Part shown: in pieces, positions 1 through 13,313 of the stretch | Layout of the letters: each line of letters starts with the position of its first letter | Numbering within the stretch: the stretch's first letter is position 1 | NCBI RefSeq assembly: GCF_964204645.1 | Contig: NC_134030.1 | Coordinates: 11,057,947 to 11,121,946 of the forward strand | Length of the DNA: 64,000 nucleotides | From: Tubulanus polymorphus | Lineage: Eukaryota; Animalia; Nemertea | Direction: 5' to 3' | Position numbers and translations under genes: made by a program | Notes under the pieces: generated by a model | Databases searched by the model: none | The model's input: only the letters and a program-made list of their open reading frames with translations | Told to the model about the DNA's origin: nothing

Positions 1-67
1 TGGAAACGTGAATGAATGGTAAAAACTCTACGTACATTGTATTTTATGATGTTTTTATTTTGCACAG

Positions 68-3000
68 ATGGATGGTTTTTTTAACCATGTGTGTCCTAGG
101 GAGCCACCCCTCCTCAGCAGATTACCATGCAATTGTACCTTGATTGAAGAAAAAATTATTACAGTCTTCGATTCTTATGGTATGTATAATTTGCTCAAGA
201 TTTAACTCTTGTTTTATAAATGACATTATCTGTCAGTAGGTTAAAATGCATGCCAGTATCTGGATTTAGATCTAAAAAAGTAAATTTCTTTAACCAAACA
301 GCAAGAATTCACCAGGACGGTTAAAATCAAAATCAACCATAATTTACTTAAGATTTATTCACTGCTATGTTTGATATTGATTAATAGGTCGATGTGATGC
401 GAAAAAAGTTCAGCACTGCGAATGTCAAAGTCTACCTATTGCTTTAACCAATCATCGTTTGTGGCCTGCATCTCCTTCCCAGCCAACATACGCTGCATCA
501 TTTGATTTTCTCAAACTTTTTACGACTCTCCAAATAGAAGGTCAGCTGTCAGCAAGAGCATTTGCAGACACGTATGCTGTGATGAACGCTTATTCGCTTG
601 ACCAGGTAAAGTAATACACCCCAAGTGCACATCTCCTGTCTATATTTCATTGTTAACTAAAATTTGATGTGCTTTGATGTTACGTAGGTCTCACAGTTGT
701 ATAGACTGCTGACAAGTGAGAGTCTGAGTAGATTTAGATTGATAACTTGTGAGGAATATCTGTTGTCGAAATCTTACACTTATAAGCGGTGCTTGGCTTG
801 TCCTGAGGTATGGCTTCTGGCTGCATTTCTGACACTGGTTTGCCATATAAAATAGACCCCGCCTTAACCGGTACCATTTGGACCTTCATTTAGATTGAAT
901 GGATTACCGGATAGGCAGAGTCTTCTGTATTCTGAAATATTTTTTGAAAATCAATTTTCATCTTCCTAGGATAATGGTAAACTTTTTGTGTCAGCTGATG
1001 CTAATTTTGGATTGGTTCGGAAAAAGAATGCAGGAAGGAGTTACTCTACCCCACAAATCTTAAGACCAATATTTTTAGACCAAGGCAATGTAGATTCGTA
1101 TGTTTTGAGATGTTGTGATACATCCAAACTTGATGATGGTGTAAATATTTTGGTTTTGAAAAAAATGGTTTTGATTGTATACAATATATATTAATATATT
1201 TAATTGAAATTGCCATTTGATTAATTTTTCCAGGAATGTAATAATTTCCAGGCAGGAACAGACATCCGTGCCAAAAACAAAGCTGTCAATTTGGATTATA
1301 CTGGTGTGATGGGTTTGGCATGTTCACGACATGAGATTCCACTAGCGATGCTAAATCTAAGGCACGGTGAAAGGTAATCTAGTTCTGTATCTTACATGTG
1401 CATATTTTGGAACCACAATCAATTGCAAATATGTAGCTCATGAAATCTTCTCTGATGAGTGCCAAGATCATTGGTTTCTGTGTATGTTCATTAGAGGCCA
1501 TTGAATATTAAAATAGTCAATGATTTCATGGAGTCCTTGGATCCCTAGTTTTGATGTGTGAGAATGTGTTTGATTCATATTCCAGGCTCAGTTACGTTGT
1601 TTCGCTGTTGAATCATATGGTTGCAGAGCTGCAAGTTGAGCATAATCAATTAGAATTGGTAGTTATGTATGACATAGCTTGTGTATTGCAAAAATATCTA
1701 AAGGTAGATGCCATTTCTTAGTTATTGCCCATAGACCATGTTATTGAAACAATATCCCTAGTTCCCAAATGAGAATGGTTTCCCTGAACCCATTCTAACT
1801 ACCACGTGCATTTGATATTTTTTCAGAAACCAGATATTTCAAGAATGTTGCCGGGTAATCTCCAATTTGCCATTCCATTATTTCACTGCTATGGTCATCA
1901 AGCCAATTGTCAAGTATGGATCTAACCTAGGTTTAAGTTTTCTTCTGACTGGATCATTATATTTATTTGAAAAAAAAAATGTTTTTTTATCTTTTATTAT
2001 CGCTCAGACAAACTTAAGTCCACGTCGCTTGGAAAATTTTGGTTTGACGGATGGAGAAACTATGGAACGATTTTGGTCTTATATCCGACGATTTGCTCTA
2101 ATCACAAAGGAACAGACTCCAAATCGTAGGTTAGAGTTACTTACATTAGCAGCCCAGCATTATACATGGAAGAAAATGAATAAAATTGGTAAGTAAATCC
2201 AGGATGGTATGGTTATCACATATTGATAATTTTGACATCATTTTTGTTTGTGGTTTCAGAATTCGCATTGTTTGAGCGGTTTAAGAGAGCAGATGTAGCT
2301 ATAGAACAAGCAGAAAAGGAACTTGCCGATATATCATTGATAATTCCAGGTCTCGATTTGTCACCATGTATCTTATTTGCTAGAGGAATAAAGCTGAATT
2401 TACATGTATCTTTTCATTATTTTTAGAAATAGCTACTGGGAGAGATGATATCTTTGAACAGTGGAATTTCCAGGAAAAGGTATCAGTGACTCATAAAAGA
2501 GATAAAGGTAAAAGTTATGGCATGGTGTTAACAAGTTTAACTCTTTCCATGTTGATCATCATTAATGAAATTCCACTCAGCTGTGCTGGACCTTTTCGGG
2601 GTTGTGAACACGTGGCATTGAACTAAGTCAACACCCCAAAACCAATAATTTTCTGAAAGCTCATGAATGGTTATATGATACACTCTAGGGTTTGGGTCCA
2701 TTGAGGGTCACGCTGACTTATTGACCTTTGAATTAGAAATCTGGGAAAAAATGGAGGTCACCTGCCATAAGTTACTAACAGCTTATTCGCTTGACTAGGT
2801 AAAGTAGGCACAGCAGTGGGCACAGCTTCGCCATCTAATAGTTCTATACTATAGTATACCAGATACATGACTGAGATCTCATCCACTTGACAAACCAATA
2901 AAAATTGCCCTATAAACTTTTTTTCAATGAAATTATTTTAGATATATCCCTGGCAAATGAGTTTGCCCACGACATCAGCTATAGTCATCTCATGAGGCGA

Positions 3001-4274
3001 AATATTTAACCCACGGTGTGGAAAGAGTTTTAAGGCCTGTTGTATTGATTATTTTTCTTTTTCAATATTAAGGAAACCCATCCTCATGGCAAGAAAAATA
3101 CGTCAAGCTCTTGTCTACATACTACAGTGTCTGGTAAGTTATAGTAATTATGAGATAAATCATCAGAGGTGCACTTATTAAGTACTTAAATGAAATATGA
3201 ATGTAAATATATTTTTTTTCTCAGTACAATGATAAAGAGCTCTAATGATGGTGCCACATGTATGACCCTTGTTAAAGAGAGAGATGAGTAAGTTGGAGTA
3301 ACTACGTACATTGGTATTAGTTTTCAGCTTGTTTTCTGTCAGTTTTCATTATGGTGGCATTGTGATGATACTGATACTGTTGTCTCGTTTAGACTGGATG
3401 CAAGACTTCAATCAATTGAAAATATTCGGAATCTCACTCGATGGTCCAGTTCTCAATACGAATACATCAATCTAATGGAAGCAATGAATGACAGGAAACG
3501 TTGTGCATATCTTCGACAAATGCGAACCTTAGCATGTGAGATGAAGGTTCTTGATAAAGCTTCAAAAAAACATGCAGGTGAAACTGCCATCCCATGTGAC
3601 ATAATTGCTACATTGTCATTCCTCCCTTGTAAATCCCTTCAGAACAGACATAACTCATGTATATACCCCACTAAATTTTAGGTGGCCAGAAAATTGCAAG
3701 TCGTCTGATCAAGCAGCGGAAGCGGGTTGTGAAAAGTATAAAAAAGGCCATTAACTTGTACAATTGTCTGACTGCGGATATCAACAGAATTAGTTCTAAA
3801 GATGCTCTGAATCTCGAAAGCACAATTTACCAGCCATTGTCTAACGAGGTTGGTCTTTATTCTTCTCGGTGGAGCTTGCTACAAAATTTTTCTCGTATTT
3901 GATTTCCTGTCTTGTTCTTCCTTTAGATGTCAGCTTTAACTACAATGCAACGTAAAGCCTTAGGCAGTTGGTTTACTCTGAAAAGGTCGATAGAAGAAAA
4001 GCAAATGGTTCAGGTTGAACTTTCTCATGTGATACAGAATTTAGAGATTCAACGAGCTGATCTTCTTGCTGCCAGGGAAGATGACGATGCAGATCAGGGA
4101 CTTAAGAGTTTGATATATGAAAAACTGAAGTTCCTTCATAAACGCATTTCCTCGTGTCAAGAAATATACTCAAATTTAGTGGAAAAACAAACTGCTGAAC
4201 CGGAAGATTCCAATTCCGCACTGTATACTTTTGATTCTGATGATCAAGAGTCTGACACAGAAGTAGTTGTTTAA
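68..4274 (+). CDS. KDZ-superfamily transposase with N-terminal CxC (CxC1-like) cysteine cluster; 15 coding exons, ~710 aa, reading frame intact
   Basis: Manually spliced GT-AG exons (68-179, 388-605, 688-807, 970-1140, 1234-1373, 1586-1703, 1827-1913, 2008-2188, 2260-2349, 2427-2507, ~3073-3133, ~3225-3287, ~3393-3577, 3682-3848, 3927-4274) join in phase. Motifs: CEC..LWPASPSQP (CxC), CLACP, SADANF, GLACSRHE..GER, YDIAC, IPLFHCYGHQANCQ, GLTDGETMERFWS, GQKIA..YN. The true start may lie upstream. Confidence 0.9.
1395..1552 (+). mobile_element. Diverged fragment of the HINE family (one core unit plus 3' end) inside KDZ intron 5
   Basis: Resembles the 154-bp unit (accacaatcaattgcaaa..tagctcatga..cattggtt) and ends gtccttggatccctagtt, like 6254-6270. 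Confidence 0.65.
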
Positions 4275-4789
4275 TTTTGAATTTAGGCCACACAAATTTG
4301 GAATTTAGGCCACAGAAAAGAAAACTCGCGCCCGACTGACCCGATATTTCGTCGTTTCAAATAATCATTTTCAGAATAAGATATAATTGCCTATCGACCC
4401 TTTTTCAAAATTTTGGGTGAAATAACTTTTTTCAAAAATATATTTGGCCGACCGACTACCAAACTCCTTTCTCGTAATTTTTTTTTTTTTAAATCAAATC
4501 ATTATATCGGCACAGATCATTATCAAAAAATATTTTATTACATCGGATGTTACAAATTTGATTGGAAATGGTGCAGCCATGGAAATGGTGCAGCCATGGA
4601 AATGGTGCAGCCATGCTCAGACAACTTTGCTAATCGGACATTGATGGCGACCTTGGATTGTAAAATTAAAATTCCCGGAATTCCGTGAAATATGTTCAAA
4701 ATATAATTTTTTATAGGTAATTATACAAACACCTCAATTTCCTTTTATTATTGTGGTCTACTAGCTGTTGATCATATTCCTGACTAAAA

Positions 4790-6270
4790 ATTTGAACTTT
4801 TTGAGGGAAATTTTTAAGACGCTTTGATCAATTACCTTGATCTTTCGGATGTATGTGTATCTTCCCAGGGCCCATCAGCATAACAAAAATTGGGTCGATC
4901 GGACTCAAGATGGCCGTCCTATGACCTTTTTAGTGCCCAAAAATGTAAATTTTGGCCCAAATTCTGAGCCCTGTAGCTTCCTACTGGTTTGCCATTTCTC
5001 AATTTGCAATTTGTGATGGGTATTCTTTGGAAAGGGATGTTTTAAGACCTGAGACAGTTATTTTTCATCAGCCAATTATGACGCAATTGGCAGCCATCTT
5101 GGTGTCGCCAGTACTCATTTGTAAGTGGGAAAAAGTTTTTCCACATTATATTGATACCTAAGCGTATTTTGATACCACAATCAATTAGAAAGTTGTAGCT
5201 CATAACGTGTTCTATGATTGTGGTGAGTTTCAAGGTCATTGGATTTTGTCAATGACCACCAGGGGGCGTTGAATAATACAATATCTTAGCATTTCTTTAT
5301 TATATTCGTACCTATGCATATTTTGTAACCACAATCAATTGGAAAGTTATAGCTCATGACATCATCTATTATTGTTGAGAGTTTTAAGGACATTAGTTAT
5401 TCTATATGGTCACCAGGGGGCGTTGAATAGTAGAATAACTTAGTATTTCCTTATTATATTGGTACTTAGGCGTATTTTGTTATCATGATCACTTGCAAAG
5501 TTGTAGTTCATGACATGTTCTATGATTGTGGTGAGTTTCGAGGTCATTGGGTTTTGAATATAGTCACCAGGGGGCGTTGAATAGTAGAATAACTTAGTAT
5601 TTCCATATTAGATTGGTAACAAGGCATATTTAGTTATCACAATCAATTACAAAATTGTAGCTGCTGACATGTTCTATGATTGTGATGAGTTTCAAGGTCA
5701 TTGGTTTTTGTATATGGTCACCAGGGGGCGTTGAATAGTAGAATAACTTAGTATTTCCATATTAGATTGGTAACAAGGCATATTTAGTTATCACAATCAA
5801 TTACAAAATTGTAGCTGCTGACATGTTCTATGATTGTGATGAGTTTCAAGGTCATTGGTTTTTGTATATGGTCACCAGGGGGCGTTGAATAGTAGAATAA
5901 CTTAGTATTTCCATATTAGATTGGTAACAAGGCATATTTAGTTATCACAATCAATTACAAAATTGTAGCTGCTGACATGTTCTATGATTGTGATGAGTTT
6001 CAAGGTCATTGGTTTTTGTATATGGTCACCAGGGGGCGTTGAATAGTAGAATAACTTAGTATTTCCATATTAGATTGGTAACAAGGCATATTTAGTTATC
6101 ACAATCAATTACAAAATTGTAGCTGCTGACATGTTCTATGATTGTGATGAGTTTCAAGGTCATTGGTTTTTGTATATGGTCACCAGGGGGCGTTGAATAT
6201 TGAAATTGTTAGATTGTTGAGCATTTGGAACCACTTCCCAAGTGGGCATGGTGTCCCTGGACCCCTAGTT
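4790..6270 (+). mobile_element. Helentron-associated non-autonomous element (HINE/DINE-1-like), 5'-truncated, with ~7 x 154-bp internal tandem repeats
   Basis: Reverse complement of 18126-19135. The 3' end is sub-terminal IR TCCCAAGTGGGC, a hairpin (ggtgtccctggacccc), then CTAGTT. ccagggggcg recurs at 5259, 5413, 5567, 5721, 5875, 6029 and 6183. Confidence 0.8.
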
Positions 6271-6815
6271 TTCAATCTCTGTTCATCCACTACTGTTCCC
6301 CTGTGAATTTGGAACAATATTTTTGCAAATATGTCCTGGCCAGCTTCAGTATTGATTTCTTTTCAATGGAAATTATAAATTATATCAAATGTGTTTTTAA
6401 GTATTTTTCTGAATTTTTGCATCAAATTATTGAATAAAAAACTCATGTACATCAGATTTTATTAACATAGAGTAAAATTTATAATAATTTATATTGTGAT
6501 ATATTTTGGCTAGAAATGCGATGTTTGTTTTTATTAGTCTATGCCTGTATGCGTGGTATGCTAGTGTAATGATATATGAATATTTATATAATATGTGTAT
6601 GTGTGTAATTATCGTGTTCATGAATAAATAGATATGTGACGCTAAACGTTCATTTGTCATTCACAATACATTGAAGATGATTTCGTTGTTCGTTATTTCT
6701 TTGAATATAATACGTGGATGAGCCGGCTAGATCTATTTTGTGGTATTTTGGATTGAAAATGATCTTCAAAAACCAGGAGGCCCGTAGAGTCGAACAACAA
6801 CAACAACAGCAACAA

Positions 6816-9806
6816 CGAAACTTCTATTTCACGCTTAAAATAGTCGAAAAATGTGGATATTGATGATTGTTTAATGTTTTCTGCCTGCTTGGTCGTTCTT
6901 GTCTCAGTATGTTTCTGGTGAATTGCGAATATGGTTATATATTAGCAGTTGCGCGTTTCTGATATCGTCGTTCAAACAAGAACGACCAACAATGAGAAAT
7001 TGATCGAAACTTCTATTTCACGCTAAATATAGTCGAAAAATGTGGATATTGATGATTGTTTAATGTTTGCTGTCTGCTTGGTCGTTCTTGTCTCAGTATG
7101 TTTCTGGTGAATTGCGAATATGGTTATATATTAGCAGTTGCGCGTTTCTGATATCGTCGTTCAAACAAGAACGACCAACAATGAGAAATTGATCGAAACT
7201 TCTATTTCACGCTAAATATAGTCGAAAAATGTGGATATCGATGATTGTTTAATGTTTTCTGCCTGCTTGGTCGTTCTTGTCTCAGTATGTTTCTGGTGAA
7301 TTGCGAATATGGTTATATATTAGCAGTTGCGCGTTTCTGATATCGTCGTTCAAACAAGAACGACCAACAATGAGAAATTGATCGAAACTTCTATTTCACG
7401 CTAAATATAGTCGAAAAATGTGGATATTGATGATTGTTTAATGTTTTCTGCCTGCTTGGTCGTTCTTGTCTCAGTATGTTTCTGGTGAATTGCGAATATG
7501 GTTATATATTAGCATTTGCGCGTTTCTGATATCGTCGTTCAAACAAGAACGACCAACAATGAAAAATTGATCGAAACTTCTATTTCACGCTAAATATAGT
7601 CGAAAAATGTGGATATCGATGATTGTTTAATGTTTGCTGTCTGCTTGGTCGTTCTTGTCTCAGTATGTTTCTGGTGAATTGCGAATATGGTTATATATTA
7701 GCAGTTGCGCGTTTCTGATATCGTCGTTCAAACAAGAACGACCAACAATGAGAAATTGATCGAAACTTCTATTTCACGCTAAATATAGTCGAAAAATGTG
7801 GATATCGATGATTGTTTAATGTTTTCTGCCTGCTTGGTCGTTCTTGTCTCAGTATGTTTCTGGTGAATTGCGAATATGGTTATATATTAGCATTTGCGCG
7901 TTTCTGATATCGTCGTTCAAACAAGAACGACCAACAATGAGAAATTGATCGAAACTTCTATTTCACGCTAAATATAGTCGAAAAATGTGGATATCGATGA
8001 TTGTTTAATGTTTTCTGCCTGCTTGGTCGTTCTTGTCTCAGTATGTTTCTGGTGAATTGCGAATATGGTTATATATTAGCATTTGCGCGTTTCTGATATC
8101 GTCGTTCAAACAAGAACGACCAACAATGAGAAATTGATCGCAACTTCTATTTCACGCTAAATATAGTCGAAAAATGTGGATATTGATGATTGTTTAATGT
8201 TTTCTGCCTGCTTGGTCGTTCTTGTCTCAGTATGTTTCTGGTGAATTGCGAATATGGTTATATATTAGCATTTGCGCGTTTCTGATATCGTCGTTCAAAC
8301 AAGAACGACCAACAATGAAAAATTGATCGAAACTTCTATTTCACGCTAAATATAGTCGAAAAATGTGGATATCGATGATTGTTTAATGTTTGCTGTCTGC
8401 TTGGTCGTTCTTGTCTCAGTATGTTTCTGGTGAATTGCGAATATGGTTATATATTAGCAGTTGCGCGTTTCTGATATCGTCGTTCAAACAAGAACGACCA
8501 ACAATGAGAAATTTATCGAAACTTCTATTTCACGCTAAATATAGTCGAAAAATGTGGATATTGATGATTGTTTAATGTTTTCTGCCTGCTTGGTCGTTCT
8601 TGTCTCAGTATGTTTCTGGTGAATTGCGAATATGGTTATATATTAGCAGTTGCGCGTTTCTCACGCCAACAATGAGAAATTGATCGAAACTTCTATTTCA
8701 CGCTAAATATAGTCGAAAAATGTGGATATTGATGATTGTTTAATGTTTTCTGCCTGCTTGGTCGTTCTTGTCTCAGTATGTTTCTGGTGAATTGCGAATA
8801 TGGTTATATATTAGCATTTGCGCGTTTCTGATATCGTCGTTCAAACAAGAACGACCAACAATGAGAAATTGATCGAAACTTCTATTTCACGCTAAATATA
8901 GTCGAAAAATGTGGATATTGATGATTGTTTAATGTTTTCTGCCTGCTTGGTCGTTCTTGTCTCAGTATGTTTCTGGTGAATTGCGAATATGGTTATATAT
9001 TAGCAGTTGCGCGTTTCTGATATCGTCGTTCAAACAAGAACGGTGGACCAACAATGAGAAATTGATCGAAACTTCTATTTCACGCTAAATATAGTCGAAA
9101 AATGTGGATATCGATGATTGTTTAATGTTTTCTGCCTGCTTGGTCGTTCTTGTCTCAGTATGTTTCTGGTGAATTGCGAATATGGTTATATATTAGCATT
9201 TGCGCGTTTCTGATATCGTCGTTCAAACAAGAACGACCAACAATGAAAAATTGATCGAAACTTCTATTTCACGCTAAATATAGTCGAAAAATGTGGATAT
9301 CGATGATTGTTTAATGTTTGCTGTCTGCTTGGTCGTTCTTGTCTCAGTATGTTTCTGGTGAATTGCGAATATGGTTATATATTAGCAGTTGCGCGTTTCT
9401 GATATCGTCGTTCAAACAAGAACGACCAACAATGAGAAATTTATCGAAACTTCTATTTCACGCTAAATATAGTCGAAAAATGTGGATATTGATGATTGTT
9501 TAATGTTTTCTGCCTGCTTGGTCGTTCTTGTCTCAGTATGTTTCTGGTGAATTGCGAATATGGTTATATATTAGCAGTTGCGCGTTTCTGATATCGTCGT
9601 TCAAACAAGAACGACCAACAATGAAAAATTGATCGAAACTTCTATTTCACGCTAAATATAGTCGAAAAATGTGGATATTGATGATTGTTTAATGTTTTCT
9701 GCCTGCTTGGTCGTTCTTGTCTCAGTATGTTTCTGGTGAATTGCGAATATGGTTATATATTAGCAGTTGCGCGTTTCTGATATCGTCGTTCAAATAAGAA
9801 CGACCA
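6816..9806. repeat. Satellite array, 189-bp unit, ~16 near-identical copies
   Basis: cgaaacttctatttcacgc recurs at 6816, 7005, 7194, 7383 and onward. One unit has an internal deletion (~8660) and one a 4-bp insertion (~9042). Confidence 0.97.
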
Positions 9807-9940
9807 CTATAATTACTATAATAATCGTGGTGACGTACTTGCTTCGTATTTTGTTTTAAACTTCATCGAGTGTTTGAAGCGATGACGTTTGTGAAATACA
9901 ATGATTTTGATTATAATCTAAAATCGTACGGTCCAGGCAA

Positions 9941-9952
9941 TGCGCATGCGCA
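9941..9952. promoter_or_regulatory. NRF1-type palindrome TGCGCATGCGCA upstream of the zinc-finger gene
   Basis: Exact consensus about 135 bp before the ATG at 10087. Confidence 0.5.
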
Positions 9953-10086
9953 TGCACAACACGGGTGCGTCAAGAGTAACATCTAACATCAGCTCTCTTT
10001 TATCATACTCGAAGCGACGATACGATCCAATTCTTTTCTTTCTATAAATTATATCAATTATATCAACTGAACGCATCTGCATCGTG

Positions 10087-11768
10087 ATGGCTGAATGTCT
10101 AGGCGTGGATCTGGATGCAAGTAGCGATATTAGTGGAATAGAACCATTCGATGTAAGTGATGAAGACGATAGTGACAAAGAACAAGGCCGGCAGAAGAAA
10201 GTCGGCAGTGAAACCCCGATCCTCGGTACGCCCGTTGAAACAGATGGGCTCCGACTCAACAACCAGTACCCGGCCAACAAGCTTACTGGAGCTGCTGTAA
10301 AAGGTCGTAATTGTTTAAATTTATATACTGTCAAGGCATAGCTGTAGGACTTGGTATTAGCTGATCTGATGTCAATGATAAGTAAGAAACCTCTTTATTT
10401 ACTTCGCACAGAGTCAGAGAGAATACGAGTGGGATTTGCGTATGTTCGTAAGTTTCCTCCCAGATGTATGGGTGTGATAAATGTAGCGGAAAATACACAG
10501 GCCCAAAAACAGATCTGTGGACTACATGATATTCCACCAACATGCCCCTATGGAAGTGGGGATCTGGTCGTTGAAATACACGGAAATGGCTATGGTTATT
10601 TGTAAGTATGGACAATAAATCCTCTTATCAACCAAAATTCTTATCTTACCTGTACTAAACTATCTTCTAATTGAATATCTTTCTTTTCAGCTTTTATACT
10701 CATGAATTTCAAGAATTTCTTCCCTCCTGCCCAATTATTGGCGAAATTGATACGATTAGACGCGTGGAAGCTCTGCGGTTAAAGTATGGTGGAGCATTGC
10801 CAATTGGGCCATGGCCAATGGAGGAAGTTAAAGAACATGCAAAATCGATTATACCATTGTTTATGGAAAAAAAAGCAATTGGACTTAAGCCCTCCCTAAA
10901 TATTGGACTTCATTTCCTCGCATGGAAGTATGATTCGATTAGTTTCGAAGAACAGTGGAATATTCATGTCGACCAATTAAAAAAGCTCAAGCAGCAACAG
11001 GACATCGAAGAAAATGTATCTGTAAAACGTGTTGATGTTACGACAACTTTGTCCAGGCGTAAAAGTAATAGACGTCGTGTTGTTTCCGTTCTAAAAAGTG
11101 ACGTTAGCGAAAAGAACCAGGACTCGTCATCAGTTATTGCGCCCGATACAGCTACAGTATTATGTAAAAAAGTAGACAGTGGATATGAATGTTCGGTGTG
11201 CGGCAGAATTTTTGGCAATAAATCAAATTTTAATCGTCATTCAAGAATACATTGCAAAGAACTGAAATTTTCATGCGAGATATGCGGTAAAAGCTTTACC
11301 GATAAGAGCAATTTGAACGTTCATGTTAAAAGACATGTGCCAAAAGGACAATATGCTTGCAATATTTGTGGATTAAGATTTATGTCTAGAGGCAACCTGA
11401 CTGACCATAAAAAGCGTCACACTTCTGAAAAAGTTGTTATTGCTGATCGATGTATTTTGCCTTACTGCAAAAAGTATGGTGAAAAATTTAAAGATCTCCT
11501 TCAGCATGCTCGACAAATGCATAAACTAGATACGATATGTGCCTATAACGAAGCGGTTAAAAAAAGTATTGACAAAAAATTAGGTAGTTCGAGTACCACC
11601 ACAAATTGCCATTGTCCGAACCATGATATCTGGATATACCGTTGGGTTGGCAGCAATCATAATTGTTATCTATGTGAGTGTCCTATGAAATTTACTCGCA
11701 TATTCCACGAGGAGAAGAAAGCACATATTTGGACACGTACTTGTCGCTATTCTTCTCATTTGTTTTGA
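10087..11768 (+). CDS. C2H2 zinc-finger protein with unrecognised N-terminal domain; 3 exons, ~494 aa
   Basis: Exons 10087-10303, 10412-10601 and 10691-11768 join in phase. Three canonical fingers (CSVC..H..IH, CEIC..H..RH, CNIC..H..RH), a fourth atypical CILPYC..H..MH finger and a C-terminal Cys/His cluster. AATAAA at ~12204. Confidence 0.85.
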
Positions 11769-12944
11769 AAATCTTGGCTTTTAATCATAAGTAGCAGGGT
11801 CAATCGGTTATACTCATGGCCTGTAGTTACTTTCAAAGTTAGTTTTCTTTTTTGAAGTTTGATGCTTTTTAAAAGTTGTATTTTATTATATTGTGTCTGT
11901 GTACTATCATATCAACTGTAATAACTACAGGATTATTATCCATATAGATATCAAATGATAGAATTTATTTGTTATAATAACTTAATGATGATTTTTAGAA
12001 GGGTGATGCTGTTTAAAAGTTGTTTTTTATTATATGTACTATTGACTGTAATAACTACGTACAGACTTATGATCCATAAATATCTTAAATAATAGAATTA
12101 ATTAGGCCTGTAAAAACTTTGCGAGGATTAATTGCAATTGTATTATTATGATCTAAGTTGCACAGCATTTCATTATATTTTTTCTCTGCAAAAGGTTATT
12201 TCAATAAAAACTGTTTTTAAATGTACAGGAAACTGAATTTAATTTTTTTAGTTTTGGAATGTGGCAGGTAGATGAAATCTAGTGAATGACTATCCTTATC
12301 AGCCAAACTTCGTGTACTGTTAAATGTTGGTTGTTGACTGGGTTGAATTTTTTTCTCGGGATCATTTTGGTTTACATTATCGTAAAAAGAAATATAACTC
12401 ATGTACCGGTAGAGCGAGTTTCAAATCAGAAGTTGACTCGTGAAAATGTTTCGATCCATCATGCATTTAATGCGTGCAACATTGCGATTCATCCATCATC
12501 CAAACTACCGGTACCAGTACCACCCGGCATTGCACACCGCAGCAGCCGTGCGACTGATAAGAGTTCAACTCACGACATAAGATCTCTCAGATCCTATTTC
12601 TTCCAGTTCAAAAAAAAAATCTTAAAGGTAAGAATTAAGTTGGTCACGTTGCCTTTAAACAGCTAGCCTAAACGACTCATTTCGTAACTACTGGGCAAAA
12701 ATAGGGGATTCGAGAGCCTAAGTCTGGAGGAGCGAGAGAGAACAGGTCCTATTCATCTGCTCATTGACTCTCACTGAAAAGGCTTGTTGCTATAAGTGTG
12801 GCGGGCTTGGTGTATGGCATTGTGTATTGTCTGTTAACTCCTACAATGATGAATAGACGCATTGTTAGTACCTCAGGCTCAGACTCAGTGAGGAATGAGT
12901 ATTGAATTATTAAGTCAGTAGGCCTACTAAAAAGCAAACTAATC

Positions 12945-13113
12945 CAGGGGCGGTGGAAGCAATTTTTTATTGCTGCAGCCAAATGCCGATTTTGGACAGA
13001 TTCTAAATATTGCCACAGCGAATTTACTTAATTTCTTCAAAAACTTGGTATTAAAAATAAAACGTCATCAGTAAATTATTGTCGCTGCAGTCGCTGCACT
13101 TCCAACGCCACTG
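12945..13113. mobile_element. Small MITE
   Basis: TIRs CAGGGGCGGTGGAAG / CTTCCAACGCCACTG; TAATC on both flanks. Confidence 0.6.
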
Positions 13114-13313
13114 TAATCAATTTATCTACCTTTATTATGCATCACTTTGTTTAGGGTTTAGCTTCGAAAGGGTGAAATGATCAAATATCCACTACCATTT
13201 TTGATCTACCAATTGGCCATTTTGAAGTAGGACTAGACTATAGGCCTAGCAGCCACATCATTTTTCATTGAGTGAATGAAAAGATGTCAACAATTATTCT
13301 TTTTTATTTTTAG

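Noticed and set aside
4562-4613. 17-bp triple repeat tggaaatggtgcagcca and the overlapping ORFs
   Set aside because: Local slippage repeat; the ORFs have no recognisable content.
8390-9503. Two identical 61-aa ORFs
   Set aside because: By-products of a single-base satellite variant that removes a TGA; TTG starts.
5145-9806. CRISPR-like arrays
   Set aside because: Units are contiguous tandem repeats with no unique spacers, the context is eukaryotic, and no cas genes are present.
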